DNA of 64,000 nucleotides from Emiliania huxleyi CCMP1516. Taxonomy: Eukaryota. The stretch spans positions 1 to 64,000 of the forward strand of contig NW_005201240.1 in assembly GCF_000372725.1 (NCBI RefSeq), given 5' to 3'. Positions 1 through 13,164 of this stretch are shown one piece after another; within the stretch, counting starts at the first letter, position 1; each line of letters begins with the position of its first letter. The notes under the pieces were generated by a model, which was not told the origin of the DNA, made no database searches, and saw nothing but the letters and a program-made list of their open reading frames with translations. A program made the translations under genes and the position numbers.

Positions 1-114
1 CCCGAGCCGCTCTCCAAGCTGCTCTGGGCGTCGATGACGCTCTTCTCGACCTCGCGCGGCTCCGCCGGAGCAGACGAGCTGCTCTCCACGCTCGGACTGA
101 GCGAGGTGGACGTG

Positions 115-1200
<1,086 letters not shown>

Positions 1201-1259
1201 CTCTCGGTGGGGGGGGGGGGGGGGATGTCCGGGACATGTCCGAGGGGACATGTCGCGCA

Positions 1260-1433
1260 NNNNNNNNNNNNNNNNNNNNNNNNNNNNNNNNNNNNNNNNN
1301 NNNNNNNNNNNNNNNNNNNNNNNNNNNNNNNNNNNNNNNNNNNNNNNNNNNNNNNNNNNNNNNNNNNNNNNNNNNNNNNNNNNNNNNNNNNNNNNNNNNN
1401 NNNNNNNNNNNNNNNNNNNNNNNNNNNNNNNNN
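1260..1433. other. Assembly gap (run of N)
   Basis: Run of n characters. Confidence 0.99.
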
Positions 1434-1490
1434 CCCCACCACCACCACCACCACCACCACCACCACCCCCCCCTGCCCCTTCTCTCCGCA

Positions 1491-3067
1491 GGCGCTGCTG
1501 TCGGAGCTCGAGGGAGTGCTTCAGATCCGGGGGGCCGCGCAGCGAGTGCACGCGCGCACCATCCCGCTCTACCGCTCCTCGGCCGCAGCGCTGCTCGAGG
1601 CGCCGACTTCAGTCGGGGACCCGGGCGGCGCGTGGGCGGCGCTGGCGCTGCGGCAGCAGGGGCTGGCGCTGCCCACCGAGCGCGCCAAGGCGGCGCTGCA
1701 GGGGGCGCGGCGGGTCACGAGTGAATCCCTCACCCTGATGCGCGTACCTCCGCAGGCGGTGCTGCAGGAAGAGTCCCGCCGCATCGCAACCGCGCGGCTC
1801 GAGGATGCGGCGCGCCGTCCCCTGCCTCTCCCTCCTCTCCCTCCTCTCCCTGGGACGCGTCCATGCGCCGCCCCCCCCCTGCCTCTCCCTCCTCTTTCTT
1901 GGGGGGCGGCGGGCGGGTGGTGGCCGTTTCGTGGCCGTGTCGTTGGACGCGTCGTGGACGTGTCCCGTGACAGGCGCGCCTCGCCGCTGCCGGGCGCGAC
2001 GACGAGGCGACCTCAGCGCTGCTCGAGCTCACCGGCTGGGCCGACCTGGTTGGATCGCTCGTCCAGCTGGCGGGCTGGTCTGGGGAGGCGCCCGCGCGCG
2101 ACTTGGCCGAGCGGTATTTGGGCGCCCTCTCCTCCGAGCCGGGGGAAAATGGGCCCCCCCCAGAAACCCGTTTTTCTCCGGGAAATTTGCAAAAGCCCCC
2201 CCCCCCCCCCCCTTTTTTCCGCCCTTTTCTTTTGCCCCCCCCCCCCCCCCCCTCTGGCAGGCCTCGAGGAGGCGGCCCAGCGCCTCCTCTCCGGCACGGG
2301 CGCCAACCTCGCCTCCTCGCTGCCGCTGCTGCAGAGCATGCTCGCCCTCGGCACTCCGTCCCTCAAGGCGGCTCGCGACGACTACTGCAGCCGGAGCGAG
2401 AGTAGCCGAGAGTAGCCGAGAGTAGCCGAGAGTAGCCGAGAGTAGCCGAGAGTAGCCGAGAGTAGCCGAGAGTAGCCCTCACGGCGGCTCGCGACGACTA
2501 CTGCAGCCGGAGCGAGCGTAGCCGAGAGTAGCCGAGAGTAGCCGAGAGTAGCCGAGAGTAGCCCTCAAGGCGGCTCGCGACGACTACTGCAGCCGGAGCG
2601 CCGCGACGGCCGCAGCCGCCGCGCCTCTGCCCTCCTCTCACCCCCCCCCCCCCCTTCCCCACAGGCTCGACCGGCTGCTCGCCTCGGCGCAGTACGGAGA
2701 GAGCGAGCGCAAGGCGCTCGACGCCGCCGCCACCCAGCTGGGCCTGCCGGAGCCGCTCGCGCGGAAGCTCGCCCTCGACGCGTACTACGGCTGGCTCCTC
2801 GACCTGACTGAGGGCTTCGGCTCGCGGAGCAGCGACGCCAAGGCGGAGCTCGAGCGCTCTGCCGAGCTGCGCGCCTGTCTGCAGCTCGAGCCCTCCGCCG
2901 TCGGCGAGCTCTACTCCAACACCGAGATCGACGCGTCGGTGTTGTCCGCCTGCTGCGACGCCCTCGCGCCCGGCTCGGAGTACGAGGCGATGGAGACGAT
3001 GCAGCACCTCGAGCGCGCGCTCGACGCGCGGCCCGGCGTCGTGGCGCAGATCCTCCGCACCTCGTGA
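1491..3067 (+). CDS. Hypothetical alpha-helical protein, multi-exon, 5' incomplete
   Basis: Coding-like exons (ALLSELEGVLQIRG..., LEEAAQRLLSGT..., last exon ending ...VVAQILRTS*) separated by pyrimidine-tract/AG introns; 1-110 may be an upstream exon. Confidence 0.55.
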
Positions 3068-3373
3068 TGGTGGCGAGTGCCGCCGGATGCAATGCACGAG
3101 CAGCGAGGAGCGGTGAGGATGCTCTTCCGTCAAGTTAACCGACGCGCTCGCGAACGAGTCCGAATATCGCGGCATCAGCAATCACAGACTACCTATTGGT
3201 GCCCCGCCCCACGAAATTGGTGGGGCGGGGGAGAGAGCGCGACGAGACTCGAGAGAGCTGTGCAAGGTCTTGTACACGCGGGCTACCCGTCGAGAGCAGC
3301 AGGGGGAGAGAGATGGCATGAGGGAGATGGGTTCTACATTGCGGAGTGGGCGAAAGAAAAGTGTAAGAGCAAC

Positions 3374-5126
3374 CTTAGGGGACCCCTAGGCTTAAAAGGG
3401 TGGGGAGCAAAGGAGTAGTGCGCATCCTCGACTGCCGCCCCTCACAGCTCGATGTGGGCGATGGCCAGGTTGCAGGTTCCAGGCACTGTGCGTGGCCCAC
3501 TGGTTGGGTAGTAGTCTAAGTTCTGAGCCTGGAGGCCTAACGGGTCTAAGTGTGGCTAGCCACGCTGGAGTGCTTGAGCGGTCTAAGATCAGCGGGAGCC
3601 TCTTACATCGGCTAAGTCGGCCGTGGACGGCCTGGGGCCAAGAGGCTCCCACCGTGATCAACGTACAACGATACGGCGCAGCCCCCAAATTTTCTTCGCC
3701 TGCGGCGGGCGATCGATCCTTCTCATGCTCAGCAATCGCCGCCTCAGCATCCTCCTCTTCCGATTCTCGTTGCTGCTTCTTGAGCGCAATCTTCGGCGAC
3801 TTCTCGCCAAACAGTTCTCACAAATAGCCTCAAGCTCAAACAAACGCGTGTCAGAGAAGCCTGTGTATGCTGGTCCTCTTTGAACGATCCGCGCGTGAGG
3901 TAGCATAGGGCCTTGTTGGCAGCAGCCAGCTTGTTGCGCTGCTTCGTTGCGATGAGCTGATTGGGATCGCAGAAGTGCATGCCAAGCACCGCCACGATCT
4001 TGAAGCAGAACACATCGCAACCGCATCGTCCGCACTGCCATCGGCATGCCGCGCCCGCCGCTTCGCCGCAGCCGCCTTAAGGCACGCATAGCGGCAGCAT
4101 ATGGTACGTTGCGCGTACTTGAGCAGGCGTTGCGCGCCGCAAGTGGCGCACTGGCCCTGGGAGAAGGCGATATGGCGTCGTGCGCGGCAAACGTTGGTCG
4201 GGACGCGTCCAGGTATTTTTCGTAAACCTGAAAGCTTTTCAGGTATACCCGGGTTTTACCCGGAGTTGGCCTTATGTTGTAGGATATTGGCCTTATGTCG
4301 TCTAAGTTCATGGCCCCCGACCATGAGGGTCTAAGTCTGAGCCCGGCTCCGTGCGGGGGCTAAGTTGAGCGCTCGCTCGCTGCAGAGGCTAAGTGTAGAG
4401 CGACCCTCTAGCCCTACTACCCAACCATTCGTGGCCCCGCACGCGGCGGCGCGGCACCGTCCGGCCAACCCGTCGCGAGGAAGCCCTGGCGCGCCTGCGG
4501 CTTAAACGGCTTAAAACGGGCCTAGGCCCATTTTAAGGCTGCCTGGGCCGCCGAATCCTTAAACGGTCTTAAACGCTTAAACGGTGCGGGAGAGCTCCCG
4601 TGTCATCGGCCGAGGTCGATGGTCCGGGAGGCTCCCGGTACGCGGTAGACGCCGTAGGCCGGGAAGCTGGCTACAGTCAGCTAGCACGCGTCCCCTATGC
4701 GAGTATGGCTCCTGCCAGTGCACCAGACTTACAGATGTGTCTTCAGAGGCGGGTTTGTGCCCAATAACGGCAGTATTGGACAATTGGAGAAAACGGCGCG
4801 GAACCCAGCGACGCATGCCGGTGAGGCCGATTTTCTTAAATGGTCTTAAAAGAGGGACCACCCCCCGTGCCTGCAATCTCTTAAATGGCAAGTTAAGCCC
4901 CCAAACCTCCTCGTTTCTTAAAAGGTCTTAAAAAAATCCAAGAGAGTAGTAAGATCTAAGAAGGCGGGAGAATCCAAAAAAGCCGCCCAAAAAGCCACAA
5001 AAAGCCAGCGAGCCTCCCGTTACGCGATTGCTCGCGAAGCGCAGCATGATGCGTGGCCAGCGTGGGAGCAGGCCGGCGCCGACGCTGCCAGAAAATCCGG
5101 CCCTCAGAACCCTAGGGTCCCCTAAG
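3374..5126. mobile_element. Non-autonomous TIR DNA element (outer) with a nested second element
   Basis: Ends CTTAGGGGACCCCTAGG / CCTAGGGTCCCCTAAG; 8-bp TSD AGAGCAAC at 3366-3373 and 5127-5134; many internal CTTAAA motifs. Confidence 0.85.
3499..4429. mobile_element. Non-autonomous TIR DNA element, ~930 bp, copy 1
   Basis: Ends ACTGGTTGGGTAGTAG / CTACTACCCAACCATT; 8-bp TSD CGTGGCCC at 3491-3498 and 4430-4437; near-identical to 19387-20306. Confidence 0.93.
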
Positions 5127-5211
5127 AGAGCAACCGTTACGCCTTTGAGGCTTGATCTCTCACCCACCACCAGTGTCTCACACGGACGACCACTCACGGG
5201 CGCCGCGCGCA

Positions 5212-5958
5212 ATGGGCGCCGGCTTCGAGCGCAGCCGCGGCTGGCGGGCTAAAATAGACTTTGCATTAGACAAGACTGTATTCGACGAGCACGCGATGCC
5301 GCTTGAAGCCGCTCGAGCCAAAGCAGAGGTCAAAGCGTCCAAGCGTCCCGACCTCCTTGGCTTCTCCAAGCCCTCCTGGAACTCCTCCACACTGCCAGAA
5401 AACTTTGTTCCGTTTCCAGAGCGACCGATGATGCACCAATTGTCCAAGTATCACTCGCTCAAGCGGTTCGACTACGACCACCGTGCTGAAGTGCTGGAGG
5501 CAAGTGATGGCAACTCCGACTCCCAATATATTGGCCGGGGAAGCAAACTGCAGTACACGGAGCGGCACATCGCACGCTCAGCGCCGGCGTTGAGCATTTT
5601 ACGATCGGCCCCACTTCATCCAGCGCTGAGGGATAAGGCGCGGTGGAACGTGACGACCGGGGGCGAACCACATGAGGCGGCCAAAGCGCACAGGCTGCGG
5701 GCGGAGATGCAGCTCCGTTCCGCGGCACGCAACTCGAGGAGGCACGGGGTTCCTCCCGGTCGCGTGGGAGCTATGGAGCGCTCCGTTGCACTCATTGATC
5801 AAGAGCGAGCCCGCAAGAAGGCGACACGACTCTTTGGAAACACAGCCCGTCCCGATTCACGGCCGCCGCTCTCGGAATCTGATAAACTTGAGCTATCGCC
5901 GAGTCGGCAAGTGCCTTGCAAAGCAGTGACCACCTGGAGCCTTGGCGGCTTCTGCTGA
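5212..5958 (+). CDS. Hypothetical protein (~248 aa), single exon
   Basis: Uninterrupted ORF from ATG 5212 with protein-like composition; no family recognised. Confidence 0.5.
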   Translation: MGAGFERSRGWRAKIDFALDKTVFDEHAMPLEAARAKAEVKASKRPDLLGFSKPSWNSSTLPENFVPFPERPMMHQLSKYHSLKRFDYDHRAEVLEASDGNSDSQYIGRGSKLQYTERHIARSAPALSILRSAPLHPALRDKARWNVTTGGEPHEAAKAHRLRAEMQLRSAARNSRRHGVPPGRVGAMERSVALIDQERARKKATRLFGNTARPDSRPPLSESDKLELSPSRQVPCKAVTTWSLGGFC

Positions 5959-6539
5959 GTCACTGGTTCTTCGCCGCTGCGGTAGGCCTGCATCGGTAGA
6001 AAGCGCATTGGCTTTGCCTCTTTCGTTTAGCACATATCATGTCGCGCCGCGGTCGGTCAGTGTCGGTGGTGGGGTGTGTGGTGTCAGGTGTTTCGCGGCG
6101 ACGGGTGGCGGTGTGCGGTGAGAGCGGAGGCGGGTCCTGCTGTCCGTCGAACTTGATATGCACCTTTATGATCAACGCTCCTCACCGCATGGGTTGGCGC
6201 AGAGCCGCGAGTCTCCACCTCTTCGCGCGACCCACCACGCCACACGCGGGGGTTTGCGAGAAGGCGGCGGGCGTGAACAACCGGCCGAGAGTATGTTCCC
6301 GTGTTTGCCGATAGCAGCAGCAGCACAGCAGCAGCAGGCCAGCAGCAACGGACGACAATAGCTCAGAGAGAGGGGGTTGGGGTCTGTCAACTGTCATCAG
6401 CAGTCACGAGTCCTCGAGTGCCAGCACCACCGCAACATTCTGTTTGTGCCAGTCTTAGTGTATTGTTGGCAAATCAAGACACAGAGCTCACACAGAATCA
6501 CAGCGGGAGGAAAGCGGCGAGTCGCCAGTGTGCAAAAAA

Positions 6540-6690
6540 GAAAAAAGAAAATAGAAACCCGGGGAGGGATGTGGGAAAAAGAAAGAAAGAAAACAGCCGA
6601 CCCAAACGAGGGATGGGGGAGGAGGACAGGGTCGTCCCCACCTGCACGAGCAGGATTTTGGAGGACGATCAGGGGGACAGGTGGGCTCTC
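6540..6690 (-). mobile_element. Short retroposon 3'-end fragment
   Basis: Reverse complement matches 56425-56505 (ccctgatcgtcct...gtgcaggtggggac...ccctcgtttgg), followed on the minus strand by T-rich tracts. Confidence 0.55.
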
Positions 6691-6791
6691 CTGCTCCTGA
6701 CAAGGGACACGAAAGGCGCGCAGCGCGGTGCACGGTGGAATCCCAACTCCACTGAGGGATGGGAGTGCGAGTGCGTGCTTTCTTATTTGCT

Positions 6792-8295
6792 ATGTCGCAA
6801 GTGTTTCGGGGCGCGAGCCGACTGGCGCGTGCTCGCGCGCTCGTCGCCAGCGCGCCGACGCGCGGCATGGCCGGGCCGTCCGGGGCGGGCAAGGGCGACC
6901 GGCGTGGGGGGTTCTGGAGCAAGTGGAACGCGGCGACGCAGCAGGAGTTTGCGCAGGAGGTGGCGTTTGAGGGCGACAAACGGTCCGAACGGCGGAGATC
7001 GCCCCTCCGATCGGTGGCGCAGGCGGCTGCGCAGGACCCTCGCGACGACTACGACGACCTCGAGTTCCTTCTGGACGACTCGCTCGAGTCGGTGGGCGAG
7101 GCAATCGGTGGTGAGGGGCGCGACGGCGGGCGGGGCCAGGCGGCCGAGGAGCTCGAGGCGGTGCGTGAGGCGCTGCTGAGCGACGACGCCGTCTCCGCTC
7201 GACGACGCGCCGAGCTCCTTGGCCTGCTCGACGAGCTCGGCCCCGCCGCACTGGCCGCGCCGGCGCGGTACCCGCCTCCCGGCTCCGAGGGGCGGAGGGA
7301 GGCGTTGGACCTGGACGAGCTTGGTCTGGACGACGACGGCGGGTCGGGGGACCTGTCGATGGTCTCCTCCTTCCTCGACTCGGTCCGGCTGCGCGAGGCG
7401 GGCGCCCTCCCTCCCGGCGGCTTCTTCGCGCACGTCTTGCACACGAGGGCCGTGTCAAAGGCGGCGCACCCCCTTGAGACGCCTCCGAGACACCTCCTGG
7501 ACTCCTCCGAGACACCTCCTGGACTCCTCCGAGCACCTCCGAGCACCTCCGAGCCACTCCCGAGACAGCTCCCAGCACCTCCGAGCACCTCCGAGCACCT
7601 CCGAGCCACTCCCGAGCCACTCCCGAGACAGCTGCGAGACAGCTGCGAGACACCGACCGTCTTGCGCACGGCGTGTCGCAGGTGACGAGCGGGGGCAAGA
7701 AGCGCTCCATCTCTGTGCTCGCAGTGGTTGGGAATGGAGCCGGCAGCGCGGGCTTCGGCCTCGGCAAGGACGAGGAGGCGACGGAGGCGCTGGTCAAGGC
7801 GTGCAAGGCGGCGCGCAAGCAGCTGCTGCACGTGGACCGCTTCGACGGCCGCCTCTCTCGCACGCCACGCGCTGCTTGCGGAGAGGTCGCCGGATCACTC
7901 GCCCAAGCTGTGAGCAGGCCGCACCATCTTCCACGACATGGAGGACACGTGGGCAAGGACCAAGTGCGTCGTCCTGATGCGGCGGGCGGGGTCGGGCACG
8001 CGCTGCTCGTGGCTCATGTGGTGATTAATCACTTAATTAGGTCCTTAATGATGTGATGAATTAATTAGGCACGCGCTGCTCGTGGCTCATGTGGAAGATC
8101 CTCAACGCCTTCGGCATCACCGACGTCTCCGTCAAGGTGCACGGCTCCAAGAACAAGATCAACCAGACGCGCTGCATCTTCAACGCGCTTCAGCGGATGG
8201 TGTCCGCGCGCGACGTCGCGAACAACCGCGGCAAGCGGGTCCTCGACATGACGCCGCGCTCCTCCATCGCCCAGGCAGGCTACCGCCCGGACTAG
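6792..8295 (+). CDS. MRPS5: Ribosomal protein uS5, bacterial type with N-terminal extension (probably mitochondrial), 4 exons
   Basis: RAVSKVTSGGKKRSISVLAVVGNGAGSAGFGLGK...ALVKACKAARKQL and AFGITDVSVKVHGSKNKINQ motifs; Arg/Ala-rich presequence. Confidence 0.88.
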
Positions 8296-8794
8296 CCGCC
8301 GCAGCTCCAGGAGCGCGACGCATTTATCTATCAACGCGCGCTAGTTCCTGCCCTGGGCGCTGCGTGGGCCAGGGCGGGCCGCTGCGTGGCGGGGGCGACC
8401 CGACGAGCGGCGAGACTCAGCCAGTGTGGCCGAGTGGGGATCCACAATCACCTCGCCGTCCGCAAAAGCGAGTACTTTCTTGTACACGACCAAACAAGAA
8501 GAGGAGAGAGAACACAAAGGCTCGAGACGGCGAGTCGCGAGAGCGAGTGAGCGAGTGCGAGACACCGGCGGCGAGAGGCAGACCAGAGCGCTCAAGAGAC
8601 AAGAGACCGGCAGGCCGCCCGCGCAAAGTCCGCTCGCGCACGCGCTCACACGGTCTCGCCCTCTCTCTCAAAAGCCGCACAAACCCACAAATCGGGACTT
8701 GCCTGTGAAAAGAACGTGTCCGGCATGCAGGACGGCGTGGCGAGTCTCGAGCGGCCGATGCGGCCCGACGCCGCGCCGTCCGCCTCTCGATGCG

Positions 8795-11700
8795 TCACGC
8801 GGCCTCCGGGCTGGCCGCCTCGCGGACAAAGAAGGTTGCCTTTGCGTGAAGGCGGGGCGGGGGTGAGCGGGGGGGAGGGGGGAGGGGGAGGAGGGAGGGG
8901 GGGGAAGGGGGGGGGGGGGGGGGTAGGAGCTGGGGGTTGGGCGACCTGCGGGTGGAGACCCGCCTCGAGCAGCGACAGCGGTGCGTCTGCCTCGCCCACG
9001 ACCAGCCGCGGGTAGTTCGAGACGAGCTCGAGGCCGGCGGGGCACGCGGCCGCCGCTTCCGGCGAAGCGGCGGTGACCCAAGTCCGCACGTGGCTGAGGG
9101 GCGCCTAATTAATTCATCAATAGTTAGTTAGTCAATTAATTAATGAAGTCCGCACGTGGCTGAGGGGCGCCTAATTAATTCATCAATAGTTAGTTAGTCA
9201 ATTAATTAGTTAAGTCCGCACGTGGCTGAGGGGCGAGCCTGCTTCGGGAAGCGGCGGCTCAGCCGCTTCCCGTCTGGCAGCCGCGCGAGCACCTACACAC
9301 GGGGACACGGCGCGGACGAGTCCCGGACATGTCTCGGCCGCGTCCCGTCCGGAAGCAGCCGGCGAGGACCGTCGTCGCGTCTGGCCCAGCGGCAGGCTCG
9401 GCAGGGAGAGCCTCCGCCGCCTCGGCCGCCTCGGCCGCCCGGCGAGCGTGCGCCTCCGCCTCCGCCTGCGCGGCGGCGGCGGCGGCGGCGGCGGCCGCAG
9501 CCGCCTCGGCTTCAGCCGCCGCCTTTGCGGCCGCCTCGGCCGCCGCCTTTTGCTCCTCCTCGTTGATGACTGACGCGGCGAAGTCGACCTCGAGCTCCGT
9601 CTCGATGACGCAGACCTGCTCACTCATGCGCCATCCTCACCGACGGCTGGCACCCCTCCTCCTCGAGCGTCGTCTCTCTCTGTGTGTGTGTGTGTGGGGG
9701 GGGGTTGCACCTCATCTGCGGGGCGGAGCTCCACGACAAAGAGCTCGACCTTAGGCGGGCGGGGCGGCGGGGCGGCGTCAGAGACGGACTCGCCGCCGCA
9801 AAGAGGGGAGCTGGCTCCCCGAGGGGCAAGGAAGAGAGTGGCTGTCCAAGAGGCGGCCCTCCCCTCCCCCCCCCCTCCCCTCCCCCCCCCCCTCTCCTCC
9901 CCCCCCCCGCCCCTCCCCGCCTGCGCCGCCCCGGTGTGCAGCATCACGGAGTCGCCGAGGGAGAGAGTGGCGCGCGAGGCGGAGAGGTTCCGCTCGAGCG
10001 TGCCTACGAGGACACGTCCGAGACATGTCCCAGACATGTCCGCGACGTGTCCCTCACGCGCCAAGGGGCCGCTCGGGCGATCCCTTGGCGTCGTGTCCGC
10101 ACAGCGCGACGAAGTTGTCGTCGAGCGGCTGGAGCTTTGCGAAAGTGCCGCGCGGCAGCTCCGCCTACTCGCTCCCTCGACGCCTCGGCAAGGCGCCGCC
10201 GCCGCTCCCCACGCGCAGCTGCGCCCTCTCGCCGAAGAGAGCTGCAGCTGGTCGCCGTCACTCGCGCCGAGCGCACGCATGATCCAGAGCGGCACCTAAT
10301 TAATTAATTCACTAGCTATGAATGAATGAATTAGGCGCCGAGCGCACGCATGATCCAGAGCGGCACCACGACCGAGCCCTCGGGCGCGGAGAACTCGAGG
10401 ACGCCGACGTGGCGGGCCGCGCCTAATTAGTTAATTAATAGTTGATTACCTAATTAATTAGTTAGGTAGGACGCCGACGTGGCGGGCCGCGCCGCCCCAC
10501 TCGAGCTTGAAGAGCATCGGGTGGGGCATGCCTGGGGCGCGGCACGACGGGGGGGGGAGGGGGAGGCGGAGTCGGGAAGGGCGGCGCTATGCCGTGGCGC
10601 GGCGGCAGAGCGCCGCTCGCCTCCCTCCCCGACGCGGGCCATGATCTCTTGCAGCGTCGAGGGCGGGAGCAGCACCTTGTCTCCGTCGGAGAGGGAGGGG
10701 TTGTCCATCGCCTCGGAGGAGAGGCAGCCTAAGGACACGTCCCACACATGCCCCACACCTGTCCCACACCCGTCCCACCTCGCACCGCTGCAGAGGGGCT
10801 AGCCGAGCACGCCCCGCCACGCCCCTCCGAACCGGAGCGCGCCGCCGAAGGGCATGCCGGGCGGGAAGCCGCCTCCGAGGGCCGCCGGGCCAGGCCCCAT
10901 CCCCCCTCCCACCCCTCCCATCCCCCCTCCCACCCCTCCTCCGAAGCCGGGGTTGTAGCCTCCGTCCACGAGCAGCCCCGGCGGCGCCTCGCCTCGCGAC
11001 ATGGCGAGCGCTGCGGCGAGCATCGGGTCGTCGTCGTCGTCGACGTACCCGCCTCCCCCCCCGTACCCTCCTCCCCCCCCGTACCCCCCTCCGTGCCCTC
11101 CGCCGCTGTACCCGCGCCTCCCCCCGCCCCGCGTGCCGTAGTCCCTCCGCACCCGCCTCCCCCGGCTCGGCAGCTCCTCCTCCTCCTCCTCCTCCTCATC
11201 ATCGTAGTCCTCGTCCTCCTCCTCAGAGTCGAGCACCATCGGCGCGTGCCGCGAATGCCCCGACCCGCCACCGTACCCAAACCCGCCGCCGCCGCCGCCG
11301 CGGCTCCCTCCCACCCCTCCTCCTCTGCCGCCCTGCCGGCCGCGAGGCGCGGGGCGAGGCGCGGGGCGAGGCGCGGACAAGCCTCCGCTCGTGCCTCCGG
11401 CTCCGGTGGAGCCGCCGTTGAGGGTCTCGTCCGGCCCGCCGCCGAAGCCGAACCCGCCGCCCGCCCCGCCGCCCGCCCCGTTGCTGCTGCTGCTCGCGTC
11501 GGCTCCACCAGAGCGGAGGAGCGCCGCCGCGCGCTGCGACTCGAAGAAGGATGCCGTCGGGCCGGCGCCGGCGGTGGGCGGGCGGGAGGCGAGCTCGGCG
11601 GCGGCACGCGCCTGCTCAGGCGGCGGCGCGGGTGGGGTGGGTGGGGTGTGGGGTGGGGGGGGGGGGGAGGCAGGCGGGGCCCCGGCTAGGGTGGGCTGCG

Positions 11701-12668
11701 GCCAGGGGGGGGGGGGCTTGACAAGCGGGAGGGGAAAAGGGCCCAAGGCTGGCTGCCTGTCTGCTGGTCCCTTCCAGCTGGTCCCTTCCAGCTGGTCCCT
11801 TCCAGCTGGTCCCTTCAAGCGGCAGAGACGGGCCCCGGCGCTGGGGGGGTGGGACTGAGCCCTGTCCGTGGGGAGGGGTCGCGCTGGCGGCGCACCTCCT
11901 CTTGAAGCTCCTCCGCGCCCGCGTCTGCGCCGGCGCGCGACTCGCGAAGCGCTGCGAGCACCTCTTCGCGCTCGCGCCTGGCGGGAGGTACACACACATG
12001 GTTGGGGAGGGGCCGAGGCTGAGCGGGCTTCTGCGCAGGGGCACGGGCTGCGGACGCGCGCAGGGGAGGTAGTGCGGGGCTGCAGGAGGGGGACGGGGTC
12101 GGTCAGACGCAGGTGCAGGAGCGGCTCGTGGGGAGGTATGTGGGTGCGGGAGGCTTTAGGCTGCTATTCTCCTCGTCGCCGCCCGCTCCCTCTCGTCCGC
12201 CTCGTGCTCCGACGCAGCTATGGCGGCGGCCAGCATCGCGTCGCCCGTCGCCGGCGCGTCGGCCGCGGCAAGCGGGGTCCCGCACATCTCGCAGGCGGCG
12301 GCGCCCGGCGCGTTGACAAAGGTGCAGACGGGACAGGCCGTCCCATCACCAATATCCATCGGCTGCGGCGCGGGCGGCGCAGCTTCCGAAGGCCCGCCAC
12401 CAGCGAGCGGCCGATCAAACGGCGCCCGCGGCGGCGCTCCAACAGCCGGACGAACCTTCTCCGGCCTCACGAACACACCGTGCAGAGGCGCGCAGGAGAA
12501 GTAGGCCACGCCGCCGACCGAGCCGTCGTTCCGACCCTCTGGGCCGTCAAGCTCCACGCCGACCCAAGTTCCTTCGGAGTCAAAGTCCGCCTTTCCGACG
12601 TAGCGCACCGTGCCCTCGCAGGTCCTTCCCGTCAAGCGCACGCGGGCGCCGCAGGAGAGCGGGTCCAT
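8795..12668 (-). CDS. Multidomain protein: CAP-Gly, RanBP2 Zn finger, UIM-like, UFD1, UBX-like (many exons)
   Basis: GTVRYVG...[23 protein letters not shown] (CAP-Gly); CPVCTFVN...[21 protein letters not shown]...[12 protein letters not shown]...VPLWIM...IETELEVDF (UFD1); LVSNYPR...[15 protein letters not shown] (UBX). Confidence 0.8.
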
Positions 12669-13164
12669 GAGACTGATGGATGTGTCTGGGCAACGGACCA
12701 AAGAAATCGCATGAGGCCCGTGCGATTCTTTCTGCAGAAAACACGAGATCGACGCGGAGGGCGTGTCCCTTGCGCAGTCCGAATCGTTTCGGAGGGCGTT
12801 CCCTTCAAGACGTGCTATGCAGGTGCCAGGTGGAACGCTCCGCTCTCTTTGCCCCCTTTTTACTAAAGCAGATGGATGGAAATGACAAACAAATTACGTG
12901 TGAGTGTTAGAGTTGTTTGGTATTGCTAAAAATCTCTCTCTGGAAATGAACTACTCTGAGGTGGTGCGCGCCGAGCACGTTCCCAAATGCCTCAGCGTGT
13001 CGCACCGCTGGATGGTACATCATGAGGCTAATAGTTTGATAGTCACGGTTAGTGTACACCAACTCGGCCGTAGCTTTTTTTTTTACGCCGGCTTTTCCCG
13101 CCCTTCCACCCCTCTCTTGGCTTTTTTTTAGGTTTGTTCGATCTCAACAGAGATCACAAGGAGA

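Noticed and set aside
9080..9235. Three 24-bp repeats with ~42-bp spacers resembling a mini CRISPR array
   Set aside because: The spacers are near-identical to each other, the repeat is exon sequence, the context is eukaryotic and there are no cas genes.
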